A DNA stretch of 64,000 nt from Eledone cirrhosa (GCA_964016885.1 OZ024755.1:16492001-16556000); one strand, 5' to 3'; positions 41,542 through 55,628 are shown, counted from the stretch's first letter. Translations and numbers: made by a program. Notes: generated by a model from the letters alone, not told the origin.

Positions 41542-42559
41542 AACACCTAGTAAGAACTGTTATGTGTGTTTGTGTATATATATATATAAATATAGGCGGC
41601 GAATTGGCAGTCAGAACGTCGGATAGAATGCTTTGTGGTATTTATTTCGGCTTTTTGCTCTCTCAGTTCAAATCCTGCTGAGGTCAACTTTGCCTTTCAT
41701 CGTTTCGAGGTTGATAAAAAAAAAGTACCAGTCTAGTACTGGGGTTGATTCTTCCTCTATATCTCTTTCTCACTTCCATTCTCTCACTTTCTATCCTTCT
41801 CTGGAAGAAATCTGCTATATTCAGACCTGGAGAGGGATGGGCTCCACCAGGTTTAAAATGCCAAAGAAACGCTGTATGTCAATATGGCGTCCCTACGACT
41901 CTCTCAGGAGCTAACTTGACCATACATACCTAGGTAGCTAGGTAGGGTTGCATAGAACCTGGATAGTTAGTATTAGGTATACAATATAATATAGTAGCTG
42001 GGTAGGTATTTACTATATGTAGTTAGTGTTGGTGAGGTATAATATATAGTATCTAGGTAGAGAGTTACTATATTATATAGAATATAATATAGTAGCTGGG
42101 TAGGTATTTACTATATGTAGTTAGTGTTGGTGAGGTATAATATATAGTATCTAGGTAGAGAGTTACTATATTATACACACACACACACTTGTGACTGGGT
42201 GGAGACTTAACTCATCAAGTAGAGAGAACTTCAAAACACAGTTTTTGTCTACCAAATTCACATACCAACCTCTGGTCAAACAAAAGCTAAGATAAAAGAC
42301 ATTTTTTTCTAAGATGTCAGATGGTAGGATTGAACCAAGAAAACACGAAATCATATAATTAATTCCAAAGTGAACTTCTTAACCACACAGCCACGCCTAC
42401 TGCATCCATATGTATGAACTTGTTTAAGAGAAACCACATTGCCTCAGTGGAACACTATTTGTTTATGATAACACAGTCATTGCAGCATTTCTGCTGACTA
42501 GACACTTGCTAGCAGATGTTTTTGCCTCTATCATTTTAAGTTCAGGTCAGATAATAATA

Positions 42560-43020
42560 AAAAAGAAGAAAAAAAAAAAGGGGGGGGGGATAAAAAAATG
42601 TTTTCCTATGAATAGAAAAAAGCCGATAGTGTATTGGACAGAGTCCTTCATCAAAGTCCTTTATCAGTGTCCTTCATCAAAGCCCTTTATCAGAGTCCTT
42701 CATCAAAATCCTTTATAAAAAAAAAGGGGGGGGGGGGGGGATAAAAAAATGTTTTTCTATGAATAGAAAAAAGCCGATAGTGTATTGGACAGAGTCCTTC
42801 ATCAAAGTCCTTTATCAGTGTCCCTCATCAAAGCCCTTTATCAGAGTCCTTCATCAAAATCCTTTATAAAAAAAAAGGGGGGGGGGGATAACAAAATGTT
42901 TTTCTATGAATAGAAAAAAGCCGATAGTGTATTGGACAGAGTCCTTCATCAAAGTCCTTTATCAGTGTCCTTCATCAAAGCCCTTTATCAGAGTCCTTCA
43001 TCAAAACCCTTTATCAGGCT
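42560..43020. repeat. Triplicated about 150-bp unit with internal 12-14-bp subrepeats (GTCCTTCATCAAA / CCTTTATCAGA)
   Basis: Direct inspection. Confidence 0.88.
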
Positions 43021-43164
43021 GAAAATGTTAGCTATTTCCACTTTTCATGGCAACACACTAACATATATTTGATTCTAGTTGTATTGAAAATGAATGAGAC
43101 CAAACAAGGTTGAAATTGTGATTGTTTGGTGTTTGTTAGACCTGCATATTTCTCTTCAGGAGGA

Positions 43165-43213
<49 letters not shown>

Positions 43214-45449
43214 TTCCTCATCATCATCTTCACCATTATCTTCATCTTCATCACTTTCATTTTTATTTCAACTTTTCCATGCTAGTATAGGTTGGACAGG
43301 ATGTTTCGAAACAACTGGATGCCCTTCCTGATATATCTTTATTATATATAATCACCACACGCATGTCATACAGCCGACCTTTCGTTCATAGAGAGAAACC
43401 TTTTGTTGTTAACAGGGGTAGCAGTTACCTAAACTTTTTCCACCTTGTCTTTATTCCATACACACATACAGTTTCTATTTACCAAATTTACTCATAGGGT
43501 AAATGATAGGTCTATGGTTATATTAGAAGAAACTTGCCCAAGATGTCAAGTAAGATAGAAAGAACACAAGTCCACTTGGTTACGAAGCATACTTTTTTTA
43601 CCCAGACAGCCACCTTGCCTGTACATACAGTAATTATTTATAACATGCTTGGGGTAAGTGTTAAGGTGTTTAAACCATTACTCTATATATACTATTGTAT
43701 TTTTATAGTAAAGGCTCTATCTCACATAATATCGAATCTATGAGATTTTGGTATTATTCATTTTGAGAACAATACCTTAATATCAATATGAGTGGCCAGT
43801 TACAGCCGGTTCGAACAGAAAGAGGTGAGAGAATTCTGGCTGGATACAACCGGTTTAAATGCTAAAAGTTTAAGATGGCTGCTTCATCAAAGGATTCAAA
43901 TATGTTAACTGATATAGCCAATGTAAGTCAAATTTAATAAGATAAATTTCAGAAATTGAGTCAACTGTTGCAGGGCCTGATTCAGCAACGAATAATCCCA
44001 GAGGAGAAATAGTAGCAATTAAAAACGAATAAAGTAATTTGCTACCCTGACACTACAATTAAAAATAAAGTAATTTGGTTCCATGACTCTACAGTTTAAA
44101 ATAAAATAATTTACTACCATAACTCCTACAGCATATGGAGCTTTATTTTCTTCTCTTCCTTGATAAAGAGCTCCAACCTAAATAAGTCGTTAGTTTTTTT
44201 TCTATCCTCATGGCAATTAAAGTAATTTGGTTCCATGACTCTACAATTTAAAATAAAATAATTTGCTACCATGAATTCTGTGTTAGAGCATATGGAACTT
44301 TCTCTCTTCTATTCCTTGATAAAGAGCTTCAGCCCTAAAATCTCAATACTTTTTTCTATCCTCATGGCAATTAGATTTATTTTTATATATTTTTAATTGA
44401 TATCAGTTTTCTCTCTCATTAATAAGACTAATGACATGTAGGACCTCAACCTTATGTTCACTTATAAATTATAAATCTAAAATACACAAGGAATTGTACT
44501 TATACAGTATCAAGCAGTTTCATTTGTGGCTCATCACCTGTAAAGTGATTGGTATTTAGAAGGGCATCCAGTTGTAGAGACCATGTCAATGCTAAACTGT
44601 AATGTATAAGCTAGAGCTGATTATCTGATCTTGAATTATTTAGTCGTGTAGCCCACCTTATGGTGAGTCACACCCTATGAGACCCACTTCTCAAAAACAG
44701 TTGCCCATGCCTGCCTTAACCCCACAGTGTTACTGAATCACACATATATATAAATGTATAAGCATGACCATGTCATTAAGATGTTTGTTTTGCAACTGTG
44801 TAGTTTCAGGTTGAATTCTACTGCATATAGATATGTCTTCTACGACAGCTTTGTGAGTAATATTTGGCAGACAGAAACTGTGTGAAATCCCATCCAGGTT
44901 TGATTCTACTGCACAATACTTCAAACAAATATAAATATGTCTTCTAGGATAGCCTTGTGAGTAATATTTGGCAGACAGAAACTGTGTGGAATCTTGCTTG
45001 GAGGTGGTGACAGATTCAATCCATCACCTGGTTTCACTTCTTTGCACAGGCATTGGAAACCCTTTCCATTTGAGATTATCTGAGCCATTACCTGGTCTAT
45101 AGGGGTCAGAAACCCTTTCAATTTGAAGAGCCATTTCAAATTGAGATTATCTGAGCCATATAATTTATATAAACAAAAATATATGCAAGATAACTTAAAT
45201 TAACTAAATGTGAATTTTGGGAAGCTTTAAATCTTAACTGAAATTCTTTCAATATTCAAATCAAAATAACAATAAATAATAAATAAAATATAATTATAAA
45301 ATTTCAGAGGGCATGAGATCCAATTGAGTGAAATAGACTAAAGAGATGCAGATTCATGATCACCTTGCACCAGCAGAATACATTTTGTTGAAGACATTTG
45401 AGCCATGTACAATCTAAGGATAACTTGTTGTCTTCCTCACATCCTACAT

Positions 45450-46430
45450 ACATGCATCACCACCACTACCACCACCACCACCACTACCACTACCATCATC
45501 ACCACTACTACCACTACCACTACCATCATAATCACCACCACCACCACCACTACCATCATAATCACCACCACCACCACCACCACTACCATTACCATCATAA
45601 TCACCACCTTCACCACCACCACCACCACCACCACCACCACCACCACCATATCAGCAGCTTAGCATGAATGTAAACGTTTTCTTCAAACTAGAAAGCAATA
45701 CATACATGGCTGCTAAATAAAAGTTATAGACTTACAGATGGCAGCCAGAACGCTGATTAAGATTGGGAAGATATTGGGTGGTGGTGGTGGTGATGGTGAT
45801 GGGGGGTATCAGTGGTGGTGGTGGTGGTGGTATCAGTGGTGATTGTGGTGGTGGTGGTGATGGGGGGTATCAGTGGTGATGGGGGGTATCAGTGGTGGTG
45901 GTGGTATCAGTGGTGATTGTGGTGGTGGTGGTGATGGGGGGTATCAGTGGTGATTGTGGTGGTGGTGGTGATGGGGGGTATCAGTGGTGATTGTGGTGGT
46001 GGTGGTGATGGGGGGTATCAGTGGTGGTGGTGGTGATGGGGGGGTATCAGTGGTGATGGGAGGGGGTATCAGTGGTGATTGTGGTGGTGGTGGTGATGGG
46101 GGGGGGTATCAGTGGTGGTGGTGGTGGTGATGGGGGGTATCAGTGGTGATTGTGGTGATGGGGGGTATCAGTGGTGGTGGTGGTGATGGGGGGTATCAGT
46201 GGTGGTGGTGGTGATGGGGGGGTATCAGTGGTGGTGGTGGTGGTGATGGGGAGTATCAGTGGTGATTGTGGTGGTGGTGGTATCAGTAGTGATTGTGGTG
46301 GTGATGGGAGGTATCAGTGGTGGTGGTGGTGGTGGTAGTGATGGGGGGGGGGGTATCAGTGGTGATTGTGTGTGGTGGTGGTAGTACCATGAGTGGTAGT
46401 GGGAGGGGGCTATCAGTGGTGATTGTGATA
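45450..46430. repeat. (ACC)n tract and GGTGATGGGGGGTATCAGT minisatellite in opposite orientation around an about 120-bp unique island
   Basis: Direct inspection. Confidence 0.85.
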
Positions 46431-46545
46431 GTCTCATGAGTGGTAACAGTAGTGGTAGTATCAGTGTTGTTATTAGTGGTGGTAATAGAGAGAGTAATAT
46501 GGATTGGTGTATGGATGGTTAAATGGATTTTTGTGTGTGTATGTG

Positions 46546-46585
<40 letters not shown>

Positions 46586-46721
46586 ATACACATATACACA
46601 CATAGATATGTATATGTGTGGGCAAAGGAAACCAAATAATTTAATTCCCCAAAGATTTTCTGCTGTAAAATAATCCATTTCCTGCCAGCAAAGCAGAAAG
46701 ATGAAAAGTGGGGAATTCAGC

Positions 46722-46769
<48 letters not shown>

Positions 46770-46800
46770 CATACACATACATATACATATATGTATATTA

Positions 46801-46991
46801 TATGAGGGTTGGCTGAAAAGTTCATAGGTTGATGAAGATACTCTCATGGAATGACCAAATGGGGGTTTATTTTGCAACATAGTCCCTGGAAAGAAACAAT
46901 GCGGTTATTAATAAGAATTGAAATTAATGCATACAAGATTTCACAGCTCTAGTATTTTTCTTTCTTCGTCAGCCTATGAACTTTTCAGCCC
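46801..46991. mobile_element. mariner-like MITE
   Basis: TATGAGGGTTGGCTGAAAAGTTCATAGG and CCTATGAACTTTTCAGCC TIRs. Confidence 0.72.
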
Positions 46992-47060
<69 letters not shown>

Positions 47061-47235
47061 ATTAACACCTTTCAAAACAAAACAAGATCAACTGATTTTC
47101 ATATACATCAATGCCAGATTCAACAGTTTTCCAAGAGATGGCGACTTGAATGGACCTGTTTTTTTCTCAAAGAATTTTTTTTTTTCGCTTCTGCCACTGC
47201 CCTACTCTCCTCTATTTTTCTATTTCTCATTCTAT

Positions 47236-47270
47236 TTTCTGATGAAGGACAAGCGTCTGAAACTTTAAGA
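47236..47270 (+). ncRNA. HHR, family B (helix III mutated)
   Basis: TTT-CTGATGA-AGGACAAGCGTCT-GAAA-CTTT-AAGA. Confidence 0.6.
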
Positions 47271-47382
47271 CTCTTTTCCTACTAAATCGTGTAAAACTAC
47301 TATATTTCTTCATTGTAGTGTCATTTGCTTTATTTGTTTGCCTTTTGCATACACACACATAAACAACAGATTCTTATATGTA

Positions 47383-47426
<44 letters not shown>

Positions 47427-47428
47427 TG

Positions 47429-47479
47429 AGATTCTACAGAACTAGAACTGTTTCATTCTTTAGAAATCATCAGGAATCT
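47429..47479 (-). ncRNA. Complete type I HHR, family C
   Basis: Minus strand reads AGATTC-CTGATGA-TTTCTAAAGAAT-GAAA-CAG-TTCTAGTT-CTG-TA-GAATCT: helix I AGAUUC/GAAUCU, helix III ACAG/CUGU, GUA triplet; helix II weak. Confidence 0.75.
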
Positions 47480-47955
47480 GGGTATCAAAAAATAAATATG
47501 GTATTTATAGGCCTCTTCAGGTGGTAGGAGAGGGTAGGGAGTGGGATGGGTGTAGGTCATTGGTTGATAGAAAAGGGAATTCATTAAAAGCTAATTCTTT
47601 AAAGCTATAATTTATATTTAAAGTAACAAAGGCAGAAATAATTCTATATACTTCCGTATATTTATAGTTTGCATATATAAACACACACATTGTTGTGGTC
47701 TTCACAGGTGATGTAGGAATTGCTGGCCATGCGATTTTTCTGTTACCTTTTGCCTCCCCTTCACCACTCTACCTTTTCCTTTCTCCTCCTCCATCCACCT
47801 CTCTCTCCCTCTATCCACCTCTCTCTTTCCATCCGTCTCTATCCATCTTCTCCCTCTCAGGCTTTACACACGTCAAATAAAATACACACATTGCACTGAA
47901 CCAACAACTTCTTCAGTCATTGTTATATCTGCCTGCTTGTCTTAATGCATAGAAG

Positions 47956-48004
<49 letters not shown>

Positions 48005-48276
48005 ATACATATGTGTGTGTGTGTAAAGACAAAACTTGTCTCTGCTTGTTTTGTTGTGTCCCAATGTGCACTGGAATGAATGGTTTCGAACTTTATGAAC
48101 CGAAACCATAGTGATTTCCAGAGGTTAGCCGAGGAGATGGGACTATCCGTCTTTCTGTTGTTTTTTTCCATTGTCTTTCTCCCGTGTGATCCCTATTTTG
48201 AATATATATATATATATATGACTACCATGACTGGATCTTAACCATCTATTATGTCAGGGTATGTCATGCATCATCT

Positions 48277-48343
48277 TATTTTATCTGATGAGGACGTACT
48301 GTTGAAGTTAGCTCAGTACCTCTGAAATATGTATAATAAAATA
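48277..48343 (+). ncRNA. Complete type I HHR, family D
   Basis: TATTTTAT-CTGATGA-GGACGTACTG-loop-CAGTACCTCT-GAAA-TATGTATA-ATAAAATA: 8-bp helix I, helix II of 10 positions with one mismatch, self-complementary helix III AUAUGUAU. Confidence 0.82.
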
Positions 48344-48388
48344 TACTTGATCACAATGAAGTTCTATTTTTGTTAATATTTTGAATGA

Positions 48389-48487
<99 letters not shown>

Positions 48488-48851
48488 TGCCCTTCCCTAT
48501 CTCACCCACATGCCAACATAACATACAGTTAATTATGTGGACACTCTTATTAAGCACATGTTACATGCTATCATGCAGCTTCTCTCTCTCTACTCCTCTC
48601 ATTCCCTCTATCTCTCTTTCCCCTCTGCTCTTTTCTTTCCCCCACTCTCTCTCTCTCTCCCTCCATTCCTCCTCTCTCCTATCTCTGTGTATGTGTGCAT
48701 CACCACACCACACTACATTACACTACACCACCACACCACTACATCAACACGGTTAATCATGTGGCATATGTATGTCCACATGGAGTGCAACTAGTCAACG
48801 TCACATTCTCTCTCATTCACCACTGACAAGCTGGTCATGTGATACATTTGC

Positions 48852-48898
<47 letters not shown>

Positions 48899-48980
48899 TT
48901 CTTAAAGACACACACACACACATGCTCGTACACATGCTTACATATATACACACACATAAACACACGCACACATTCTCAAA

Positions 48981-49030
<50 letters not shown>

Positions 49031-49704
49031 TACACACACACATTCTCCAACGTACACACGAATGTTCAAACATAAACACACATGCTTAAATACAAATACA
49101 CACACAAGTTCAAACACACACACACACACGCACACACACATGCTTAAATACAAATACACACACGCACACATGCTTAAATACAAATACACACACACACATG
49201 CTTAAACATACATAAACACATACTCAAACATAAACAAACATACACATGCTTAAAAAAACACGTTTAAACAAACATACATGCACAGACGATCAAACACACA
49301 CAGAAACACACGATAACTACACACACACACACGCACACACACACATACATACACACACGCGATATACAACTGATCATGTGACAAATGTATACATGATGCT
49401 TTAGCTATAACTACTTTCTTGCATTCCACACACACGCACAACATCCAAAGAGGAAGCCTCTACGCAGTTGCTCGACCTGCTAGAAATAGCAGCTAAAATT
49501 CCTTCAATGGCGACGACACATTTGTGAATGCAATCCTACTACACATACATATGAACAGACTGGGTGGTCATTACTGGAACGCCTTTCATCATAGATCCAC
49601 CGAATCAATGCTGACCCACGACTAAACACACACACACACACAATATATATATATATATATACACACACATAAACACAGGTATACACATATATACACACAA
49701 ACAC

Positions 49705-49750
<46 letters not shown>

Positions 49751-50653
49751 TTGTGTGTGTGTGTGTATACATATATATATATACAACATGATGTTACAGT
49801 TGGTCATGTAAACATACACGATACATATTATGATTACGGGTCCTCCGTCGGCCTCGACGATGAGCGATTCAGTTGTTCGACCAACTGAACGTGCAGCACG
49901 TGAATTATTTTACATATAGGTGGTTGAGTATTCCACCGAAACAACACACACACGTGTACGTGGTGTGGTATGTGTGTATATGCGTATGTGCACCTTTAAC
50001 AAAATTCCCAAACTGAATCAATGCGCGACTGAATCAATATGTGACAAGGTTAGACATTTCAATTAAAATCCATTGGTTGGGCTTCTGCACAGTTCCTGTC
50101 TACCCGGATTTCATTCACGAGGTTTGGGGCGTGCCATGCAGTGGAATCGAACCTCTTTACCACACAGCCATTCATACCTGCATCCACATACCTATGAACA
50201 TACTATGTAATGTGTATATACACATACATACACACATACTTATACACACACATTCATAGTATGTATGTGTGTATGCATGTATGTGTGTCTATATGCATAT
50301 ATGTATTTGTGTATGTATATATGCATATATATATATATATGTATGCATGCATGTATGTATGCGTGGCCCTCGTGTATACACACATGTTCAGACACACTAA
50401 CAACAAACTGCAGCTGGTCATGTGATACATGCATACATGATGTACAGCTGGTCATGTGACCCCTCTCTCTCTCTCGCTTGCTCACAGACACATGTTTACA
50501 TACATACACACACATGACTTAAGCCAGCGATGGATGAAGATCCCTTCGTGGTAACTCGATCCTGCTAGAAATAGCAGCAAAATCTCACTCAAATCACACC
50601 CTACAGCATTCTATAAGGAACGTACCTACCTATCAGATAATGTCGTCCTAAAG

Positions 50654-51048
50654 CAATGGTTCTTAACCTTTTGTGCCATCATACCTCACCTTAACATCTC
50701 AAAAATAATGGTTATATTCCCTTACCCTTTGATATGAGAACACCAATGATAAACTGCAAAGTGTAAACAAATTGGCGTATAGGTGGTGCCAGATGCACAA
50801 TAACATGTGTGGAGGAGGTGAGACAGGAGTTTCCGACAGTAATGTGTACCAAAATTGCCTTGATGTAAAAGTAATAAGGTAAAACCTGAAGTTTCTTCTC
50901 ATTAACATCATTTACAGCAAATTACGCCCCACCCCTCCCACTCGTTTTAATATTGAAATCACCCCCCACCCCACCTCACCAAATTGAAAAAATCCGTCCT
51001 CCCCGCCGTCCTTCGTAAAGCGTGCTCTCTCTACGTTGGGAATCACTA
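50654..51048. mobile_element. hAT-like MITE nested in an older repeat
   Basis: Ends CAATGGTTCTTAAC and GTTGGGAATCACTA; 8-bp TSD TCCTAAAG/TCCTAAAA. Confidence 0.7.
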
Positions 51049-51899
51049 TCCTAAAAAGATGGGATGGTCATGCCAGGAAACACTTTGTACAGTAGGTCTG
51101 CTCCATGAAGGCTGACCTGGGGTGAAACAACAACAACAGCGTCAAGTGATCCTACAACCAGAACTATACTTATAATCGCATTGTTACTTACTTATACGTG
51201 TGAAGGTGGCGAATTGGCAGAGTTAGTCGGTCGGAATGCTTTGTGGCTTTTCGCTCTCTGCTCTCTCAAGCCTTCCAGCACTAAGGAACTTTAGGAGTTT
51301 AAGCCCCTCCAATAATTTGTTTCAATATACTTACGTTTTGATTTTTATAAACACTGATTTTCTATTGACTCTAAATATGTTTATGTTAGTAATGATCATG
51401 ATTTTAATGTCTTTCTTAGTCTCGTATTGGTGATAAAAAAGCGTGAGCTAATAATAATTGTCTCTACTTTTGGCACAAGGCCAACAATTACCACATTACA
51501 TTACTGGTACTTTATTTTATCGACCCCGTAAGGATGAAAGGCAAAGTTAACCTCGGCGGGAGCTAATAATAATACATATGTGCAGTATATATATATATTT
51601 AAGCTCTGCCTCTGAGTTCAAATCCCGCCGAGGTTGATAATAATAATAAAAAAAAAAAAAAAGGTACCAGTCTAGTTTCTGGGGTCGAATCTTCCCCTAT
51701 ATCTCTTTCTCACGTCCATTCGCTCACTCTTTATCCTTCTCTGGAAGAAATCTGCTGTATTCAGACCTGGAGAGGAGATGGGTTCCGCTAGGTTTTTTTA
51801 AATGCCCTAGATACGCTGTATGTCAAATCAGCGCCCCTACGACTCGCTCGAGAGTTATGGGACCATAAAAAAAAATTATATATGTATATATAATATATA

Positions 51900-52210
51900 C
51901 GTGAAACTCGGTGGCTTACTGGTTAGGGCGTTCGGCTCACGATTGCAAGGAAGGTCGTGCGTTCGATTCCCAGCGAAACGTTGTGTCCTTGAGCAAGACA
52001 CTTTATTTCACATTGCTCCAGTCCATTCATCTGACAAAGAATGAGTTATATGTGTAATTCAGAAGGCCAGCTTGTCTTGTCGCAAATTATGTGCCACACT
52101 GAATCTCCCTGAGAATTGCGTTAAAGGTATACGTGTCTGTGGACTGCTCAGCTACTTGTACGCTAATTTCAGGAACAGGTTGTTTCATTGATGAATCAAT
52201 TGAAAGACTC
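51900..52210 (+). mobile_element. tRNA-derived SINE S2 (OR-like)
   Basis: A box TGGCTTACTGG, B box GTTCGATTCC, TTGTGTCCTTGAGCAAGACACTT centre. Confidence 0.78.
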
Positions 52211-52277
52211 GTGTATATATATATATATAATATTAATTGAAAATATTAACAAAAATAGACATTCGTGTGATCAAGTA

Positions 52278-52344
52278 TATTTTATTATACATATTTCAGA
52301 GGTACTGAGCTATCTTCAACAGTACGTCCTCATCAGATAAAATA
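52278..52344 (-). ncRNA. Complete type I HHR, family D
   Basis: Reverse complement of the 48277-48343 motif with one loop change; element is TA-flanked (about 52232-52437). Confidence 0.82.
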
Positions 52345-52472
52345 AATTAAAATGAATTAATATTAATAACTCCGGAAAACCATTCCTTGTAAAACTCATT
52401 CTTTGATTTATTCATTGAACCTTGTTTAACCTTTAAATATATATATATATATAAATATATATAAATAAATAC

Positions 52473-52504
<32 letters not shown>

Positions 52505-52569
52505 ATAAATGTATTTGTGCCTGTCTTAGTGTACGTATATGTATGTAAATGCGTCTCTGTTTATGTATG

Positions 52570-52600
<31 letters not shown>

Positions 52601-52814
52601 GTGTGTGTTTATGTTTATGTACGTGTTTGTATACACACATTTCAGTGCATCATTGAAACTGCTGCTGATGGCTGCTTGTAGTTTGTCCATACTGTTGCCA
52701 TGTCAACCAATCTCTCACCCCCCCCCCTCTCTCTCTCTCTCTCTCAGGATATATAGAAGGGTGAATCAAACGGACTGTTTTGTTGTTGTTGCTGTTGTAC
52801 TCATCGTTATATCC

Positions 52815-54075
52815 CCCACCATCACTACTATCAACACCACCAACACCACCACCACCACTACCACTACCAGCAGCAGCACCATCACCACCATTACTTCCAC
52901 TATCACAACCACCACCTCCACCACTATTATTATCACCATCACCATTACTGTCACTACCAACACCACTACCACCACCACCACCACTATTACTATCACCACC
53001 ACCACTACTATCACCATCACCACCACCACCACCACTATTACTATCAGCACCACCACCACTATCACCATCACCACCACCACCACCACTACTACTATCACCA
53101 TCACCAGCACCACCACCACCACTATTACTATCAGCACCACCACCACCACTATTACTATCAGCACCACCACTACCACCACTATTACCACCACCACCACCAC
53201 CACTATTACTATCAGCACCACTTCACCATTCTGAATTCTATATTAATGGGTGTTGCAATGTTGAGTGGTGATAGATAGATAATGCCTGACTGACCGTGTA
53301 TGAGGGCAGCGACGGTGGTGGTGGTGGTGGTAGTGGTGGTGGTGGTGGTGGTAGTGGTGGTGGTGGTGGTGGTGGTGGTGGTAGTGGTGGTGGTGGTAGT
53401 GGTGGTGGTGGTAGTGGTAGTAGTTGAGATGGTTATAGTGGTAGTATTGATAGTAGTAGTAGTAGTAGTTGAGATGGTTATAGTGGTAGTAGTAGTAGTA
53501 GTAGTAGTTGAGATGGTTATAGTGGTAGTATTGGTAGTAGTAGTAGTAGTTGAGATGGTTATAGTGGTAGTATTGGTAGTAGTAGTAGTAGTAATAGTTG
53601 AGATGGTTATAGTGGTAGTATTGGTAGTAGTAGTAGTAGTTGAGATGGTTATAGTGGTAGTATTGGTAGTAGTAGTAGTAGTTGAGATGGTTATAGTGGT
53701 AGTATTGGTAGTAGTAGTAGTAGTAATAGTTGAGATGGTTATAGTGGTAGTATTGGTAGTAGTAGTAGTAGTTGAGATGGTTATAGTGGTAGTATTGGTA
53801 GTAGTAGTAGTAGTTGAGATGGTTATAGTGGTAGTATTGGTAGTAGTAGTAGTAGTAATAGTTGAGATGGTTATAGTGGTAGTATTGGTAGTAGTAGTAG
53901 TAGTAGTAGTAGTTGAGATGGTTATAGTGGTAGTAGTAGTAGTAGAGATGGTTGTGGTAGTAGTATTAATAAATGGTTGTGGTGGTAGTAGTAGTAGTAG
54001 TTGAGGTGGTAGTATTAGTTGTAGTAGTATGTGGTGGTGGTGGTGGTGGTGGTGGTGGTGGTGGTGGTGGTGGTG
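52815..54075. repeat. (ACC)-rich and (GGT/GTA)-rich minisatellite tracts in opposite orientation around an about 90-bp unique island
   Basis: ACCACTATTACTATCAGC units, then GTTGAGATGGTTATAGTGGTAG units. Confidence 0.85.
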
Positions 54076-54282
54076 TAGCAGACGATTTTTAATAATGGTA
54101 ATTGTAGCAGCTCTTACGACCTGTGGTGGTTCTTGGTGATGTTTTGGTTGTAGTACCATTAGTAGTAGTAGTAGTAGTAGTAGTAGTAATAGTAGTGGTG
54201 GTGGTAGTAGGGTGTGTCGATAGTATTGGTCGAAAATGTGGCAATATTAGTGGTGGTAGGCGGGGGTGGATTGCAGTGGCAA

Positions 54283-54323
<41 letters not shown>

Positions 54324-54723
54324 TCTTTATTAGCCACATAGGGCTCACATTAAGGAGACATTAAAGACGGTACAGGACGATACAGTGTCGGAAGTGATGG
54401 TCATGGTGGCAGTGGTGGTGGTATTGAAGAATGTGGAGTGGTGATGGTGGTGGTAGTGGTAGTGGTGGTGGTAGTCGAGATTCCAGGAACTGTCCTGAAT
54501 GTGTCAGTGGCAGCAAAAAGGAAACGGTAGTAGTGGTAGTAGTAGTAGTAGTAGTGCTGGTGGTGGTTGTAGTAGTAATGGTAGTGGTGGTGGTGGTGGT
54601 GGTGGTGGTGGTGGTGTTTGTAGACTGCCTGCAGTCGTGTTTGGCATTAGTAGGGTTAGTGGCAATAACAACAGAAGCAACAGTTGCAAAGCAATTTGTA
54701 AAGGTTGTTGGGTGATATTATAA

Positions 54724-54754
<31 letters not shown>

Positions 54755-54900
54755 GGTGGTAGTTGTAGTGGTGGTAGTAGTACTATCTGGCACAAGTGAA
54801 CGGTCTTATTCACTTGTGTATGAGACAGCTGTTGTGTTAACAGCGAGCATTGCTTCTGAATGGAAACCATGTAAACGACGATATACACACACACACGTGT

Positions 54901-54931
<31 letters not shown>

Positions 54932-55227
54932 AGTTTGTATACGTAAGTATGTGTGTGTGTGTGTGTATATATATGTGTGTGTGTACGTGTGTTAGGAATG
55001 TGTTTAAGTGTGTATTTATGTCGTTATGATGATGTCAGGTAAAATAATTACACCACTACACATACGTGTGTGTGTATATGTATGTGCGTGTTAGTAAGTA
55101 CTCTCTCTCTCGCTCTCTCTGTCTATTCATAACCATATAACATTCATCGCATGTGTATAACATTCATTAACACATATTCGTGTTTATATGTTCTTAACAC
55201 CCCCATACACACTCATAACTATATATC

Positions 55228-55403
55228 TGTAACCACAGTTAGTAAGGTACTCAATACATTAGTAGAGTGTAAAAATTTAATGTAGAAATGGCTTCTACAG
55301 GACTAGAACGGTTTCATTCAAAAGAAATCATCAGGGCATTCCTGATGATTTCTTTTGAATGAAACAGTTCTAGTCCTGTAAAAACCATTCCTACATTAAA
55401 CTT
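55228..55403 (-). mobile_element. Family C fold-back element carrying an HHR core on each strand (55296-55334 minus; 55342-55380 plus)
   Basis: TACAGGACTAGAACGGTTTCATTCAAAAGAAATCATCAGG-GCATT-CCTGATGATTTCTTTTGAATGAAACAGTTCTAGTCCTGTA. Confidence 0.8.
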
Positions 55404-55404
55404 G

Positions 55405-55437
<33 letters not shown>

Positions 55438-55440
<3 letters not shown>

Positions 55441-55628
55441 AACCAGTAAGACCCCGACGGCTGAGCTCAAGCCGTTTCGACGGCTAATTCTGTACTAGAA
55501 TTAGCCGTCGAAGCGGCTTGAGCTCAGCCTACGGGGTCTTACTGGTTCCTATTACCCACTCTACTACCCTAAGTATTGAGTACTTTGGTGCGTTATGGTC
55601 CACCTGGTTCCTTACCACATTTCCTTCG

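Noticed and set aside
43875-44020. ATG...GTAAGT...TTTCAG mini-gene
   Set aside because: The implied intron is only about 30 bp, the ORFs are short and there is no recognisable product.
45736-46500. Mucin-like Thr-rich exon followed by hydrophobic NIFPILISVLAAI
   Set aside because: Most repeat units have a G6 run that shifts the frame, so there is no continuous ORF.
48073-48125. Possible further HHR or fold-back (TGGTTTCG...CGAAACCA)
   Set aside because: There is no clean CUGANGA core, and it is too degenerate to call.
52539-54159. Long Thr/Val/Pro ORFs (231-315 aa)
   Set aside because: Trinucleotide-derived tracts are open in several frames on both strands.
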